This document shows, in pieces, positions 26,001 through 38,899 of a stretch of DNA of 64,000 bases; positions within the stretch are counted from its first letter, which is position 1, and the number at the start of each line of letters is the position of its first letter. A program made the translations under genes and the position numbers. Location: contig NC_092670.1 of assembly GCF_964355755.1 (NCBI RefSeq), positions 26,274,795-26,338,794 on the forward strand. Reading direction: 5' to 3'. Source of the stretch: Antedon mediterranea (lineage: Eukaryota > Animalia > Echinodermata). Under the pieces are notes generated by a model, which was not told the DNA's origin, did not search any database, and worked only from the letters and a program-made list of their open reading frames with translations.

Positions 26001-29000
26001 GCACATTTAACGTCAAACTGATCGTTTTTACATTTAACGGCGTGATGTTTGCACATTAGTGGATTATACATTTTTACAGATTTGAAGGTACCATGTTTGC
26101 ACAAATGTGGTTTTTTGCACATTTGAAGACAAAATGTTTGCACAAAATGAATGTGGTTGTTTGCACAAATATGACTTTTTGCACATATCACGGCTCAACA
26201 CGGTGAGGAATAAAGACCGAATTGAGTAGGTGCTGGGTAGAGAGCGGGGAAAGTAATTGGTTCGTCTGTGCAAACACTTGACTCTTTCCACAGCGAACAG
26301 CTTGCCGATGTGTTCCATGCTATATTGGAAGACACCAATCATACTCTTTATGGCGATATTATCGTTTCCGTTATCGTTAGAAGTGGTAGGACGCGCAGAC
26401 GAACTGTTATACTGGGGAACCTAATGTAATTCCGTAAAATTGTAATGCTTAATTTGAGAACCAGAAATTCGATCCAATTTCTTGGATCTGACTTCAGTTG
26501 GTAAAAAAACGGCCCGCCCTTTTTAATCTCCGTCGCTAAATTTTCAATTCTTCTCAATAATTTTAGTAAATTCAAATTAATTATTGTTTATTTGGTATAC
26601 AGATATTCGTGTTTTTTTTTGTGTGTGCAAAAACTCTTATTAAGGGGATAATTTTGTTATTTCAGATAGTGTAGTAATTGTATATGTATTCGAGAATCAT
26701 CTGTGGGCATTACCTAGATGGTACACGAGCGAAGCTATCGTACCATCTACAGTAGTTGAGTATTATAATTACACCATATGGTACAAATCTTTAAAATAAC
26801 GCACCTTCTTAATGTTGGTCTCATCTCCATTTCAACATCTAAATCGCTAGTGAGTAGCTCATGATGGAACTCATGTAATTTTGCAGCATTTTTCAATTCC
26901 ATTATATCTTCCTCGGTAGATGATAACGTCTTCTTTAGCTCTACGTACAATAATGAACCATTTTTTGATCGAGAAATTTTGTTGAGAAGCTCGGATTTGG
27001 TTTCATTTAATTCCGTTAATTTAACATACACGTTGTCTTTGATGTCTTTAGCCTTTTCTACATCAGATGAAAGACCATCAAGGCGATTCTGGCGTTTTAA
27101 TAAGTCATTCAACTCTTTTTGTTGTCTGATTAGTTCCTTTTCAAGCGTACCTATGGTAGCAATTACTTGTTTGATTTCTTCGAGTAAGTGAACGACAGAA
27201 CTGTACGATTCATCCACGTCACAGTGTTCAGATGAAACTATCTTAACGGATTGTTCGGAATCTTGATCTGAATCCACGATACTCTTCTCTTGATCACTGT
27301 TCTCATTATTAAACTCCAACCTATCATTGTCTTCATCGTCACTACTACCAATATTGTTGCTATCTACTATCTGATGCCTGTCTTCAACAATATTTGTTGT
27401 TTTCAAATCGAGAATGCCTTTATTTTCTGTTTTCTTGTGGCTTCTATCAGAATATATATAGCCCATCTCCACGTTTCCTTCTTTCATATGATTTGCATCT
27501 ATTAATTTTCTGTTTCTTTTTTTCTGATATGTTTTGGTCATGTCTACATAGTGATCATCCCGAAATCTAATAGCTGTGTCATCATGGTCTTCGTCTTTTT
27601 TTTGTTCACTATTCATTGCAATGTCTTGCTGTCTGTGCTTTGAATTCCAATGCATTGCAACTTTCTCTTCGCTGGCTTTACTTTTGTAAGTTGCAGGTTT
27701 CTCTTCGTGTTGTCTTTCTTCTCGAATTGTTACGGCTTCTGTTCCGATGTTTTGTTCCAAGTACATAGTGGTAGACGGCTCTCTCCGTCTTCCATCAGAC
27801 TTTGCTGCAGCTGCATGTATTTTGTGTTTTGTGCTGCGTGAATGTTGTCTATATTTTTCATCTTGAAATTCTCTATTGGTATCGTTTTCATTAGAATCAA
27901 TTTCTTGAATTCTAATTCCCGACGTTTTATTTTCTATCTGTTCATCATCGAAAGGCTCTGAATTGTTTTTCTCCAATTCTTTAATCAGTACAATAGATCT
28001 ACGTCGTTTTGGCATTAATGACATTTCTCTTTTAAACTGCTCTAGCTTCTTACATAGTTTATCTGAATTAAACCACCATTTCCGAGCAAGTTCAACGGCT
28101 CGAATACTTTTATTTATGATATCAGGCACTAATCTTAGCATATACTCAAAGTTTTTACTGCTATCGTACAGGCGTAATTCTCGAATGGTATCAGGATCAA
28201 AAAAGTTTGTATCTATTTCATCACTTGCCATCAGCTTTTCCCATCGATAATTTACATGATGTATATTCTCGATGGTATCACGCATTTCATTACATTCACT
28301 GTTCAATTTGTCTGGCATGTCATAGTCAATGTCATCTTCATCATCTGTTATGTCTGAATGACTTTTGATATTTGATAGGTTGTCACTTTTCACCTTTGAC
28401 ATACGTTTTCCACCCTTACCAATCATCTCTGGGACGTCATTTAGAGCAACTGGATAAAAGAATTCAAACAGAACAGAGTAAATCTTTTCGGTAAAGTCCC
28501 CCTTAAGGCGGCGCAAGATTGCAATAGTCTGAAAAAAGTCATCAAAATGCTTTACTAGTTCACTATCACAGATGTCAATTCCCTTTTTATGTTGACGATT
28601 GGCTTCACGTTTCACAAGTTCTCGTAGGGCACCTAGAGACGTGACAATTACGTTACTGGGAACCAGATCTCGCAACATGTTGTTGTGTGTTGGACTAAAA
28701 TAAGTACTTTTAACATCATTGATACATTTCTCAAAGTGTGCTAATTGCTTGTGCATCATCACATTTTGTTTTTGTCGAGTTGCGCCTCTCATATGATCAG
28801 GATGGGTCTATATAAGATAAATTAAATAAATTAATTAGTTAATTATTAAATATTCGTGGGTGAAACATGGTCCTACTTATCTATTAGACATGCTTTTTTC
28901 ATAACAAATTATTCAATTATCCATTTACATTGATAATTGTAGGATCATTCTATATATAAAGTCTTATACAAAAAAAATCTACAGTATATGCATGCCTGAG

Positions 29001-29491
29001 TAATGCTTATATTTATAAGATATCTCAGTTCTTTTATTAACGATGAAAATCGAATGATATAATTCGGATCACGCTCAGTCAATTTTAATCAATGTAAATC
29101 AATATCAAGCACCATCGTTACTATGGAAATATTGAATGAATATTTGCCATTTCATCTATGTTAGTTAGGCCTACTGTATACGTTGCTATAATTAAATTGT
29201 ACTAAATCAACTAATTACATTTTAACTAGTACTTTAGTAGCTACAGATAGGTTTATAATAATAATAATATTAATATAATAATAACAATAATAATAATAAC
29301 AATAATAATAATAATAACACTAATAATATTAATAATAATAATAATAATGATAATAATAATAATCTAAATACATAATAGTAGTCCTACATATATTAACCTA
29401 CTGCATCTTAAATTTAAGGAAAAAGACAATAAGCATATTATAAGTAACCAAACAAATAATATAACAAACTCACAAAATAGTCATCACTCAT
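23099..29491 (-). CDS. uncharacterised ~1080-aa coiled-coil/low-complexity protein; exons 29491-29474, 28807-26805, 24323-23099
   Basis: ATG micro-exon MSDDYF|gtgagt joins in phase 0 to THPDHMRGATRQKQ (681-aa ORF), then in phase 2 (AG|gtgcgt ... ttgtag|C) to YSQRLQSKILEVERN (398-aa ORF). The 3' end could instead splice at CAG|gttaca near 23125. Confidence 0.85.
24761..26197. mobile_element. 1.4-kb foldback element (long inverted arms) in intron
   Basis: tgagccgtgaaatgtgcaaaaagtcatatttgtgcaaac ... gtttgcacaaatatgactttttgcacatatcacggctca. Arms ~650 bp with subterminal atgtgcaaa repeats. No TSD readable. Confidence 0.85.
26640..26750 (+). mobile_element. 3' fragment of the Helitron family
   Basis: ttcgagaatcatctgtgggcattacctagatggtac...cgtaccatcta matches 23003-23065. 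Confidence 0.65.
29255..29365. repeat. imperfect (AAT)n microsatellite
   Basis: Direct reading. Confidence 0.9.
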
Positions 29492-29794
29492 TTTGCGTTG
29501 AATCCCTCGGTATGGTGACCACGATATACTACTGGTATATAGGCTTAAGACAATCGTATTGTCTTATAGTTTTGGCTTCAGTTTTGGAGTCTAGTTCATT
29601 TGTGTTCCGCCTGTTGTGTATTTCTCAAGTATTACGTCTCCTAATGTCAATAACGTTGCCACTGGTAACGTACTAACATAACGTTGATATAATGAAGTTG
29701 CCCATGACAGCTTATGCATGAGCGCTTCTCAAAATAATTACTTAATATAGGAAAGTACATTTACGTAGTAGGGTAAATATCTTACAAATTAGCA

Positions 29795-29940
29795 ATATTA
29801 ATAACAATAAGTTAATAACAATACTAAAAATAATAAACAAATAACAGAATAATAATAATAATAATAATTACAATAATAATAACACTAATAATACTAATAA
29901 TAATAATAATAACAATAATAATAACACTAATAATAACAAA
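29795..29940. repeat. imperfect (AAT)n microsatellite
   Basis: Direct reading. Confidence 0.85.
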
Positions 29941-30599
29941 CATAGACAAAGAGTTTATCACTGATTTGTTTCGAAATTTTCTGAAGGAATTGTAGCTAAC
30001 AGACTTAATATTTCATTCATCATCATAAATCAATATATTTGAATAAACGTATATTCTTCGAACCAAATTGTAATTTTCCCTACTGCATGCATCTCTAGGC
30101 CTATAGGCCAAACAGGGTAAAAATTTCCAATGGCTGTCACACGGAGGAGTTCTGGTTCGGATTAATGGGATATCAACATAACTGAATTTGGATTGGGAAG
30201 GATTAAACTGTTAAATCACCCGAGTGCAGGGTGTGTTGATAATAGGGTGGGGGTTGGAGGTTGGTAAATCAACGGGCGTCTGAATTTTAATAACATTATC
30301 CCCATGGGGATAATGTTATTAAAATGATTGGAATTGTACAGTGAACACAACGGAAATACCTGTCAAAATAGACAATTATACTGCAAAAATTGTAAATGTG
30401 AAACTTGAACTCCAGTAAGAGTAAGTAACCTTGAGTAAGACCATTTTGAAAATAGAGCTAGTTAGTTCACCGGAAATAGCACTTTACATGAAGTTGTTTT
30501 CACATGACTGTAAGCAGTTACCTACACAAAATAAACGACACCGACGTGGAGCTAAGAAAAGGAATTCTCACAACGTGCCACATGTAATACAGCTTTTTC

Positions 30600-32300
30600 C
30601 TTTGCTTTTATTAATGTAAATAGATTAACAAAACCTAGATGTTATGAATTTCTTATGAAGGAATAATAATGGAACTATTCCGGTCTTTCTGAATTTCTTC
30701 CAATTTAATAATTTTGTTGAAAAGGCTAAGTAATGATTTAATGATATGTATTCCTCAATTTTAAAGTAATTCATTTGTAATATTGTCCAAACCAGGGGCT
30801 TTGTTATTCTTTGCAAGAGATACTGCATCTTTAACAATATCAAAATCAATAGCAATATCATTTAGGAACTCTCCATTATTATCAGAATGGACATCGTCAG
30901 AAAGGTTATCTCTAATTTTATATTTTTTTAACTAGGTGATCATCAGTTAGAAAAGGATTACAATCATTCAAATTCATATTGTCTTTACCTAAATTTTCTA
31001 AATACGACTGACTTAATACAATGTTTTATCGTTTTCTTATCAAAAGTGATTTCTTCAGAATCCGTTGTTACCCGTCGTACTATTGCCTTTTAAGTTTGTC
31101 CAGAAATCCTTGCATGAAGGACCTCCTTTATTAGCAATTTCTAAGGAACTATTAATCCCTTTTTCTGTTATTGTATTTTTAGTAAGCGTTTTAACTTTAT
31201 GCCGTTTTTCCAAATATAGGCGTAAACTTCATAAATCAGCAGTATCAATATCTTTGTTATTATTGTTATTGTTAGTGTTGCTATGTCAATGTCAAAAATA
31301 TGAAACAGTATCCCAGTAAGAACATTTTTGAAAGATCGTCTGCATATAAGAGTTTCTAATCTGTATTTTTATTAGATTGCTTTGTGGGTTTTAAATTAAT
31401 ACTTAAGTCTTGTATAAAGATATTAAATAAAAGAGATGATAATGGTGACCCCTGTTGTAGGCCTATACCAATTTCATTATTTAGGGAATTCGTTATTTAG
31501 AGAATTTATTATCAATCTTAACAAAATAAGACGTTAACTTTGAATAGGCCTATAGAGTGAATTAATAATCACGTTTAAAATGTCACTTGCAGACCTGTGC
31601 TTTAATTTGTAAGTAAGATATTGTGGTTTATTGAATCAAAAGCACATTTTACGTCTACAAAAGTAATACAAATTCTGCCCCGTTTTTATTAAGATATTTT
31701 GATACAATTGTGTTGAAAATTAATATATTGTCGATACCTAAACTTGGCTTGCTCCTGTTTCAAAATGTTATATTCATCTGTCCAGTCTATGAGTCTATTA
31801 CTGATGATATAGTGGAAAGCCTAGCCATTGTTGGTATCAGTGATCCCTCTAGTTTTGAGGTTTTCCTTTGTTTGTATATTGGTATAATTACAATGGTGAC
31901 CCAACGTTGAGTGAAATTGTCACTGACAAATAGGCCTACTAAATAGAAGAGAAGGTTAACTTTTATACAAAATTTGGGACATTAAATAATATTTCGCTCG
32001 TGATACCATCAATATCAATATCAGAGGCTTTACCCCTGTAGTTTGTGCTTTAAATGCACTTAGTATCATTTAATTTAATTTCTGTGTTCAATATTTGATT
32101 AGTAGGACAATTTTCCACTACCTTTACAATTGTTTGGTGTTTGCGACTGATTGCTATCTTTGATATAATATAAATTACTAAATTTCGATGCCATTCCATT
32201 AATAATGAGATTTCATTTGATAGATTGTTTTTTTTTCTTCTCAGAGTCAGAATCTTATTAGCGATTTCGTCCATATAACGAATAGACATTAAAAAATATT
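30600..32300 (-). pseudogene. two degraded LINE ORF2 fragments
   Basis: Minus strand shows GKASDIDIDGITSE (~32030), GIGLQQGSPLSSLLFNIFIQD (~31470) and LYADDL (~31345), then a second pre-RT segment KAPGLDNITNELLK (~30800). Stops and frameshifts throughout. Confidence 0.7.
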
Positions 32301-33025
32301 ATACAAAATTTGTTTTTGGTATTTAGATTTTTCACGCTGCTGCTTTAGCCCGCTACGTCCCAGGAGGATGACTCATTAAGAAACGGAAAGTAAAGCAGCA
32401 GTTATATAATTATCTAAGGTTGACAGTTTTGCTAAAATGTATACTCGACTGTAATTTATAGGTACCACCAAAAAACGTCTGGGAAAGAGTCTAACGGTTG
32501 AATGACAAATCCCAAAGCATTTGTGGTATTTATGAGTCCCATGATATTATATAATTCGCTGTCAGATGATACTTCATCACACTTTGAATGAAGTATCTAG
32601 GCATGATGAAGTGACCCCCAGACTTGACCTTAGCAATAAAATAAACTAAAGTGATTGAAATGAAACACAGACTCTGTAACAAAAAAATAATATTTGTTCA
32701 CATATAAAAAAAGAAAAGAAATGTTTAATTATAACTCAAAAACCATTGTCTGACAGACAATTTAAGTATTTTTTGCATTAAATTACATTTTTTCAGGTAA
32801 AATAACTATTATGTGACAATAAAATGACACATTCAAACACAAATTTGAAAAAAAAAATATTTTTCAGAGGGACAATATAGCCTATATCTTTAAAACTGTT
32901 AGTGTTACGTCAATAAGCGAGCAGCGTTTTTTGTAAGAAATATTTCTTGTTTATTTTGTTTTCGGTTGTTTGGTTGTTTTCGGTTATTTTCGGTTGTTTT
33001 CGGTTGTTTTCGGTAATTAAACTGA

Positions 33026-34290
33026 CCCGGGAGCGATTTTTTTTTTCGTACATAAGTTGGGGACCCCCTCATGAAACGTCACAAAATAAACATGAATAAT
33101 TCATCAGTTAAATTTTCTTGTTCCGTGTGCACCCAAGCGTATAGCAACAAGAAGTGATTACACAAGTGCGGTACGTACGATTCTAGGCCTATCTCCGCTG
33201 TTGAAGAATAGCGGCGTTTTGTGTGGATTGTCGAAATAATCGGCCTTTAGTTTATGGTGTTTTTAATATAATTTATTACTAAAGAATTACATGTTAAAAT
33301 TATAGTTTCTATTAATACTATTAGGCCTAATTATTAGTCTCTAAACCCATTTCTATTCTAGTAGTAGCTGTGTGGATGTGTGTGACGTGTGTGTGTGTTA
33401 GGTATGACCAAAGATAGTTACACTATCTTTGGTAATACTAATATAATAGTTACACTATCTTTGGTAATAGTTACACTATCTTTGGTATGACACAATCCGA
33501 GTAATAAGTCAGCACAATTAAACAATAAACATTACACAAAAATACATTTTTTATTCTCGTGGGTCAAATCTTCCCATCTCATTTTTAAAGTTCCTTTGAG
33601 TACATTGCATATTGTTTGATAATTGATAGCAGAATTAAAAAAATACAGTACACAAATTATACACATTCTTTATTCTTGTGGGTCTAAGCTTTCTTTGGGC
33701 TATGTCCAAGAACGCTTGGGTGCACACGGAACAACAACTGCGATACGATTCTTTCTACAATAATAGGCCTAGGATTCTAGGTCAATTCACGTGATTGCCT
33801 TCGCGCACTCTATTCTTCACACACACGTCCACTATGCAAAATGTGTCGAGGCTAATCGACAGCTAGGCAAAACATTAAACTAAGTAGTAATTGGACATAG
33901 CCCAAAGACACAAGTCACACACACCGTACCCACACAGCTACTACTAGAATATACAGGGGTTTAGAGACTAGTAATTAGGCCTAATAGTATCAATAGAAAC
34001 TATAATTTTAACACGTAATTCTTTAGTAATAAACTATATTAAAAACACCATAAACTAAAGGCTGATTATTTCGACAATCCACACAAAACTCCGCTATTCT
34101 ATTATGAAATCGCACGCGGCAACCACAGCGGAGATAGGCCTACCGCACTTGTGTAATCACTTCTTGTTGCTATACGCTTGGGTGCACACGGAACAAGAAA
34201 ATTTAACTGATGAATTATTCATGTTTATTTTGTGACGTTTCATGATGGGGTCCCCCAACTTATGTACGAAAAAAAAAATCGCACCCGGGA
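33026..34290. repeat. inverted repeat, arms ~33026-33400 and ~33920-34290
   Basis: cccgggagcgatttt...cgtacataagttggggaccc...gattacacaagtgcggta is nearly identical in reverse at 34141-34290. Confidence 0.88.
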
Positions 34291-35802
34291 GCGTGTTTTG
34301 CACGTGTGTGGCGACCGAAATGCATGACGTCACGACCGAAATGATCGGTATTGCTGTCACGTCTGTGTATAGCCTAGGCCAAATGTAATAAGAGAAATTC
34401 AATCTGTTGTTAAATCTAGCATTTAATCTTGTTGATATGGAAGAAAATAAGAGGAAAAATAAAAAGAAAAAGCACAATAGAAGAGGCCATGCAAAAAGTG
34501 AAAATAAAGGTAGGAGGATAGCCTATTATTATTAGGATAGGCCTATCCCTAGCTAGCCTAGGCCTAGGTCCAGGCCTAGCTAGCTGCTAATTTATACTAG
34601 CTAGGCTATAGCTAGCTAGGCCTAGGCTAGGTAGGGGTGCCGGTCAAGGCGGCCCTGAACCGTCTCGGCCAAAGTCGGTCGAAGCGGCCGGCAACCAAAG
34701 TGTCCGCTAGTTCAATAAAGGTAATATGTATGGAACGCCGTGTGCGCTTTGATTGTCGTTGTTTTGTAATCTTTGATTGTCATTGTTTCGACAGGTTTTC
34801 TTTTCCTCGGACGTAAATAACAATCTACATTATTATGTAATTTATTCTCTTTTTTTTAACAGATTGAATGTGATACATTCTTTTTTTAAACGAAATGGCG
34901 AATCGATGATTTACTTACTTTAACTGTTCTAAATGATATATAAAGTCAATAAAATACATTGTGGTGTTTGTATTGTATATTAATATATTATAATATATAT
35001 ATAAGCCAATTATTAAGATTCGAATAATTAAATATATATATTTTTTCAATAAAGTATATCAAAATAATATTTATTTGTTATTGTATATTAATTAATTAGT
35101 AAAGTAACTACTGTTAGTACGTGTTTGCAATCATAATTTAATTACAATAACAGGATGACATCAATTTATTTTTTTAATATCCTAGTAAATTGTTTTATAC
35201 CTTCAGATATATAAATATTGATCAATTTAAAATGAGTTTTAAATAATAAAATAAGATGCAAGTGTCGGTACGATAATTAATTAAGCGAATTTCTGCTAAT
35301 AACTCGACTGGCGGCCGGCCAGAGTGCTGTAGAAGGTCGCGTATTCGTCCTTACGTTGCTTTACTGAAAACAATGTATTACAATGGAATAACACTTAATG
35401 TATAACACACCCTATTATTACTAATCAATAAATAAAAACAATATTCGATAGTACCCGTATGTGTAATTTATGAGATATAAGAATTCGGTAATACCGTACG
35501 TAAATTAATGCAATACTGTATAAAGGTTCGATAGTATGTAAAAGAGATATAAAGATTCGGCTATACCGTACGTAAATTATTATTGCAATAACTGTATAAA
35601 GATTCGATAGTATGTAAAAGAGATTTACAGATTCGGCAATACCGTACGTAATTAATGCAATACTGTATAACACTGTCAGTATAATCTACCCACAGTCACA
35701 GTAATGTTCTTTGTATATTTTGTTTATATCTAACTAACAGTAACCACATTCACAGTAGATAATTTCGATTCAAATGGCGACCAAAAATGGTTAATATGTA
35801 CA

Positions 35803-36461
35803 CCCGGGGGGGGGGGGGGGGGTCACTCTTAAATATTTCCATATGGGGAGGTGCCTCATTTACGGGTATATTTTCGAGGGCCTGGTAGCACAAGTGTGGG
35901 AAAATATGGAGAGTTGGTAGCACAAGTGTGGGAAATGACAGGGTGAAATTAGTAGTTTAAGTCCCTGGCCCGCCCACCCGTGTCAAAATGTCACGATTTA
36001 TCGCCAAATTTTGCAGGTATTTTAGCATACTGGATGCTATAAGCCCGGCTATATAAGCCCATCGCTAAATACCTTTGAATAGGCCTAGAGTTTTCGCATC
36101 AGCAGAAGAACACGAAACATAGCCTAGGACAAAATCATTTAACTGTGACCACTCTTGATCATCGTCGTCATGCACCACCGCGGACACGCGATAAACTTGT
36201 CAAAACACGTTCATGATTTTGCCATGAACGGTCTCTTTGGCCATGCGCAGATCATGCCGGGAACCAGTACAAATATTGCACCCTCTCTGGTGTGGCCTTG
36301 TTTCTGCCGTCTTTTTAGAGAATACTGGATTTTGGTAAATGGTAGTTCAAGTCCGTAGTATTTTTCAGTAAAACAGGTAGCGCAAGTGCCTCATGTCTTG
36401 AAGTGGCTGCTGCACCCCCCCCTCCCCCTTGGTTTATATACAAGTGACCCCCCCCCCCCCC
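35803..36461. mobile_element. TIR element with poly-G/poly-C ends
   Basis: cccggg(g)n gtcact ... agtgac(c)n; it interrupts the Helitron copy. Confidence 0.6.
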
Positions 36462-36711
36462 TGAGTCTGAGAGATTGGTAATGTTCTATTCATCGCAAAT
36501 CAATACATTTGTATAAACGTATATTAAATCAAAATAGTATTTTTTAAAGAAAATATAATGATTACAATATTATGATACTGTACTCGAGCTGTTCAACCGG
36601 TTTTCAGCTATTAAAAACAATTATCGTAGGAGGAGATAGGAAAATGCGAAGTATCCTCGTATTATTGTGTGCAGGTATTTTTCATGAGGACATCCATTAG
36701 ACAGTGTATAC

Positions 36712-37049
36712 GAGTATTGCTAAACACCGCAAACCCCGCAAACCTAAAAAAAAACATAGCAGACCCCACCAAACCAACATAAAAGTGATTGAATCACTTT
36801 TATGTTGGTTCGGTGGGGTTTGCTATATTTTTTTGGAGGTTTGCAGGGTTTAGCAATCATTTTTGACCAAAAAATGATGTTTTACCCCAAAAATAATTAG
36901 TTAACAGTAAAAATTTAATATTTTTTTTACATGGATATACCCAGTGGGTTGTATGTACACTACATGATTCAATCACTTTATGTTGGTTTGGTGGGGTTTA
37001 CTATGTTTTTTGGGAGGTTTTCAAGGGTTTGCGGGGTTTAGCAATACCT
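36712..37049. mobile_element. 338-bp MITE with 8-bp TSD
   Basis: gtattgctaaac ... gtttagcaatac; TSD gtgtatac at 36704-36711 and 37050-37057. The empty site is present in the paralogous copy at ~21990-22020. Confidence 0.88.
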
Positions 37050-37980
37050 GTGTATACCACGATCGGAAAACACCCTTATTTGGGGCAAATCGTTGAACCT
37101 AAATTCGTTTTAATTGTCAATAACTAATTATCTAACTAAATTTAATTAGTAAACAGGGTGGGTTACATCAGGTGGTTAAAATCAGTACCGAGATTCTAAC
37201 CAATACCATCGAGTAAACATTTTCGAAATAATGCGCGATTTACCGAATTTTGCCCTTACGTAAATTTATATATAGATGCAATACTGTATAAAGATTCGAT
37301 AGTATGTAAACGAGATATGAAGATTCTGCAATATCGTACGTAAATAATTAATGCAATATTGTATGAAGATTCGATAGGAGAGTGCTCAAGAAACGTCGGG
37401 TCAGTTCAACGTTATTTCCCTTCCCTTCACTGCCAATGTATTTAAAAAAAATATACTGTATATATAAATAAATAAATAGTACGTAAATGAGACATAAAGT
37501 TTCAATAGTATGTAGATTATGATGCAAACGAAAATTATTAATGATTTGATAGTAAGTAAATATATTTAGTTAGTTAATATTAAAATACAAATAAAATATA
37601 CATTGATTTATCGGCAGGCAAGCTTAATTATTATAAAGATTCGATAGTACATGATTTGGCTTATATTTATTGGTTTGACCATACATACAGCTGTAACTCA
37701 AAAGATTGAAGCGCACATGGCGTTCCATAAAAATGACGATATTAAACTGGCGGCCGCTTTGGTTGGCGGCTGCTTCGACCATACTTCAAGTCAGGTCGGC
37801 CAAAACTACTAATCTGTCAACTCGGCCTCTAGGCCTAAGTCTGTACAGTACAGTATGGATTACGGTAGCTTAGAACGCAAAAAGAAGTGCTAGGCCTATT
37901 ACTAAAAGGCCAGTTAATATAAAAATGGTAGGGTTTAGGATTTGGGCAATTCTCCAATGGCATTGGAAGACCAACAATCA

Positions 37981-38685
37981 TTTTTAGTCGCATGGACGTG
38001 ACTCTATAGTTCACTATGTCGGTCGGTCGGTCTGTCTGTCGGTCTGTCTGTCGGTCCGGTATCACTATACGTTTTATCGCTTTCTGACCTTATCTTGATA
38101 TCAGTTTAATCTAGCTAAGTCAATTTTTCACAGTATATTCCTTATGGCCAGAAATCGATGTGGTTATGTTTTCACGGTGCGCAATAAAAAATTACGCGGT
38201 CTACGCACGATTTAACGAAATCACGTTTGTAATCATATCTTCACAACCATGAATCACAATTAAATAAAAATTGGTACTCAAAAATTTCAGGGCATAAATC
38301 ATCATATGGCAATACAATTACGTGCGTAGCGCATGTCGCATGCGTACGCGCGCTTAAAATTTTCAAAATTTATTTTCGATGAAATAAGAGTACGTTTCAG
38401 GCAATTTTAAGCGTTTACAAAATTGCCATGAGTGCGCAGATTTTTGCGCGCGCACTGCACGTTAAATGTAAGTACGCACTTTTTTTGACCGATTTCTGTT
38501 TTCTTTACTTACTTTTCAACTCGAAATTACGTTATACGAGCACGTCAAAAGTGACAGGCTACGCACGTGTAAATTAAAAAAATATAAATGTTTTTAAACA
38601 TTTCAACATTTTTAAACATGTTCAGTAATTTCGGTCAGTAAACACTAATGAGCACGCGACTGCAGCCATCTATATGGCCTTGTTT
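37981..38685 (+). mobile_element. Helentron-associated non-autonomous element (DINE-1/HINE architecture)
   Basis: tttttagtcgcatg 5' end, (GTCG/GTCT)n microsatellite 38017-38058, inverted subterminal cacgcgact at 38653, 3' stem-loop gccatctatatggc, then cttgttt. Confidence 0.75.
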
Positions 38686-38899
38686 AAATCTGCATTAATC
38701 TACACTTTTTTGTCTACTAGGCCTAGGCCTAATATGTGTGGAATTTCGTTACAACTAAAATTGTTGTTTTATTAATTCACATTTCTTCAACAATTGCTTG
38801 TCTTGTTGAATTACTAAACATTACTAAACAAAAAACAACATTTTCAATTAGCCAACATCTAAACTGATTTTCCAGACGGAATGATCTACGCTTGATTTT

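Larger units (their letters stand above)
35700..37276 (-). mobile_element. inverted copy of the 21779 Helitron (5' half) with two nested insertions
   Basis: 37050-37276 and 36480-36711 are near-identical reverse complements of 21779-22240. Confidence 0.8.
34636..37790. mobile_element. MULE-like non-autonomous element (related to 44438-46798), right end truncated, carrying nested insertions
   Basis: Left end ggtgccggtcaaggcggccctgaaccgtctcggcc resembles 44438. gtcgaagcggccggcaaccaaagtgtccgctagtt and tatggaacgcc are inverted at 37717-37780. Internal ~65-bp tandem repeats at 35440-35670 and 37278-37650. Confidence 0.6.

Noticed and set aside
24774-26342. Cys-rich ORFs (24774-24971, 25931-26191)
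   Set aside because: Translation of atgtgcaaa subterminal repeats of the foldback element.
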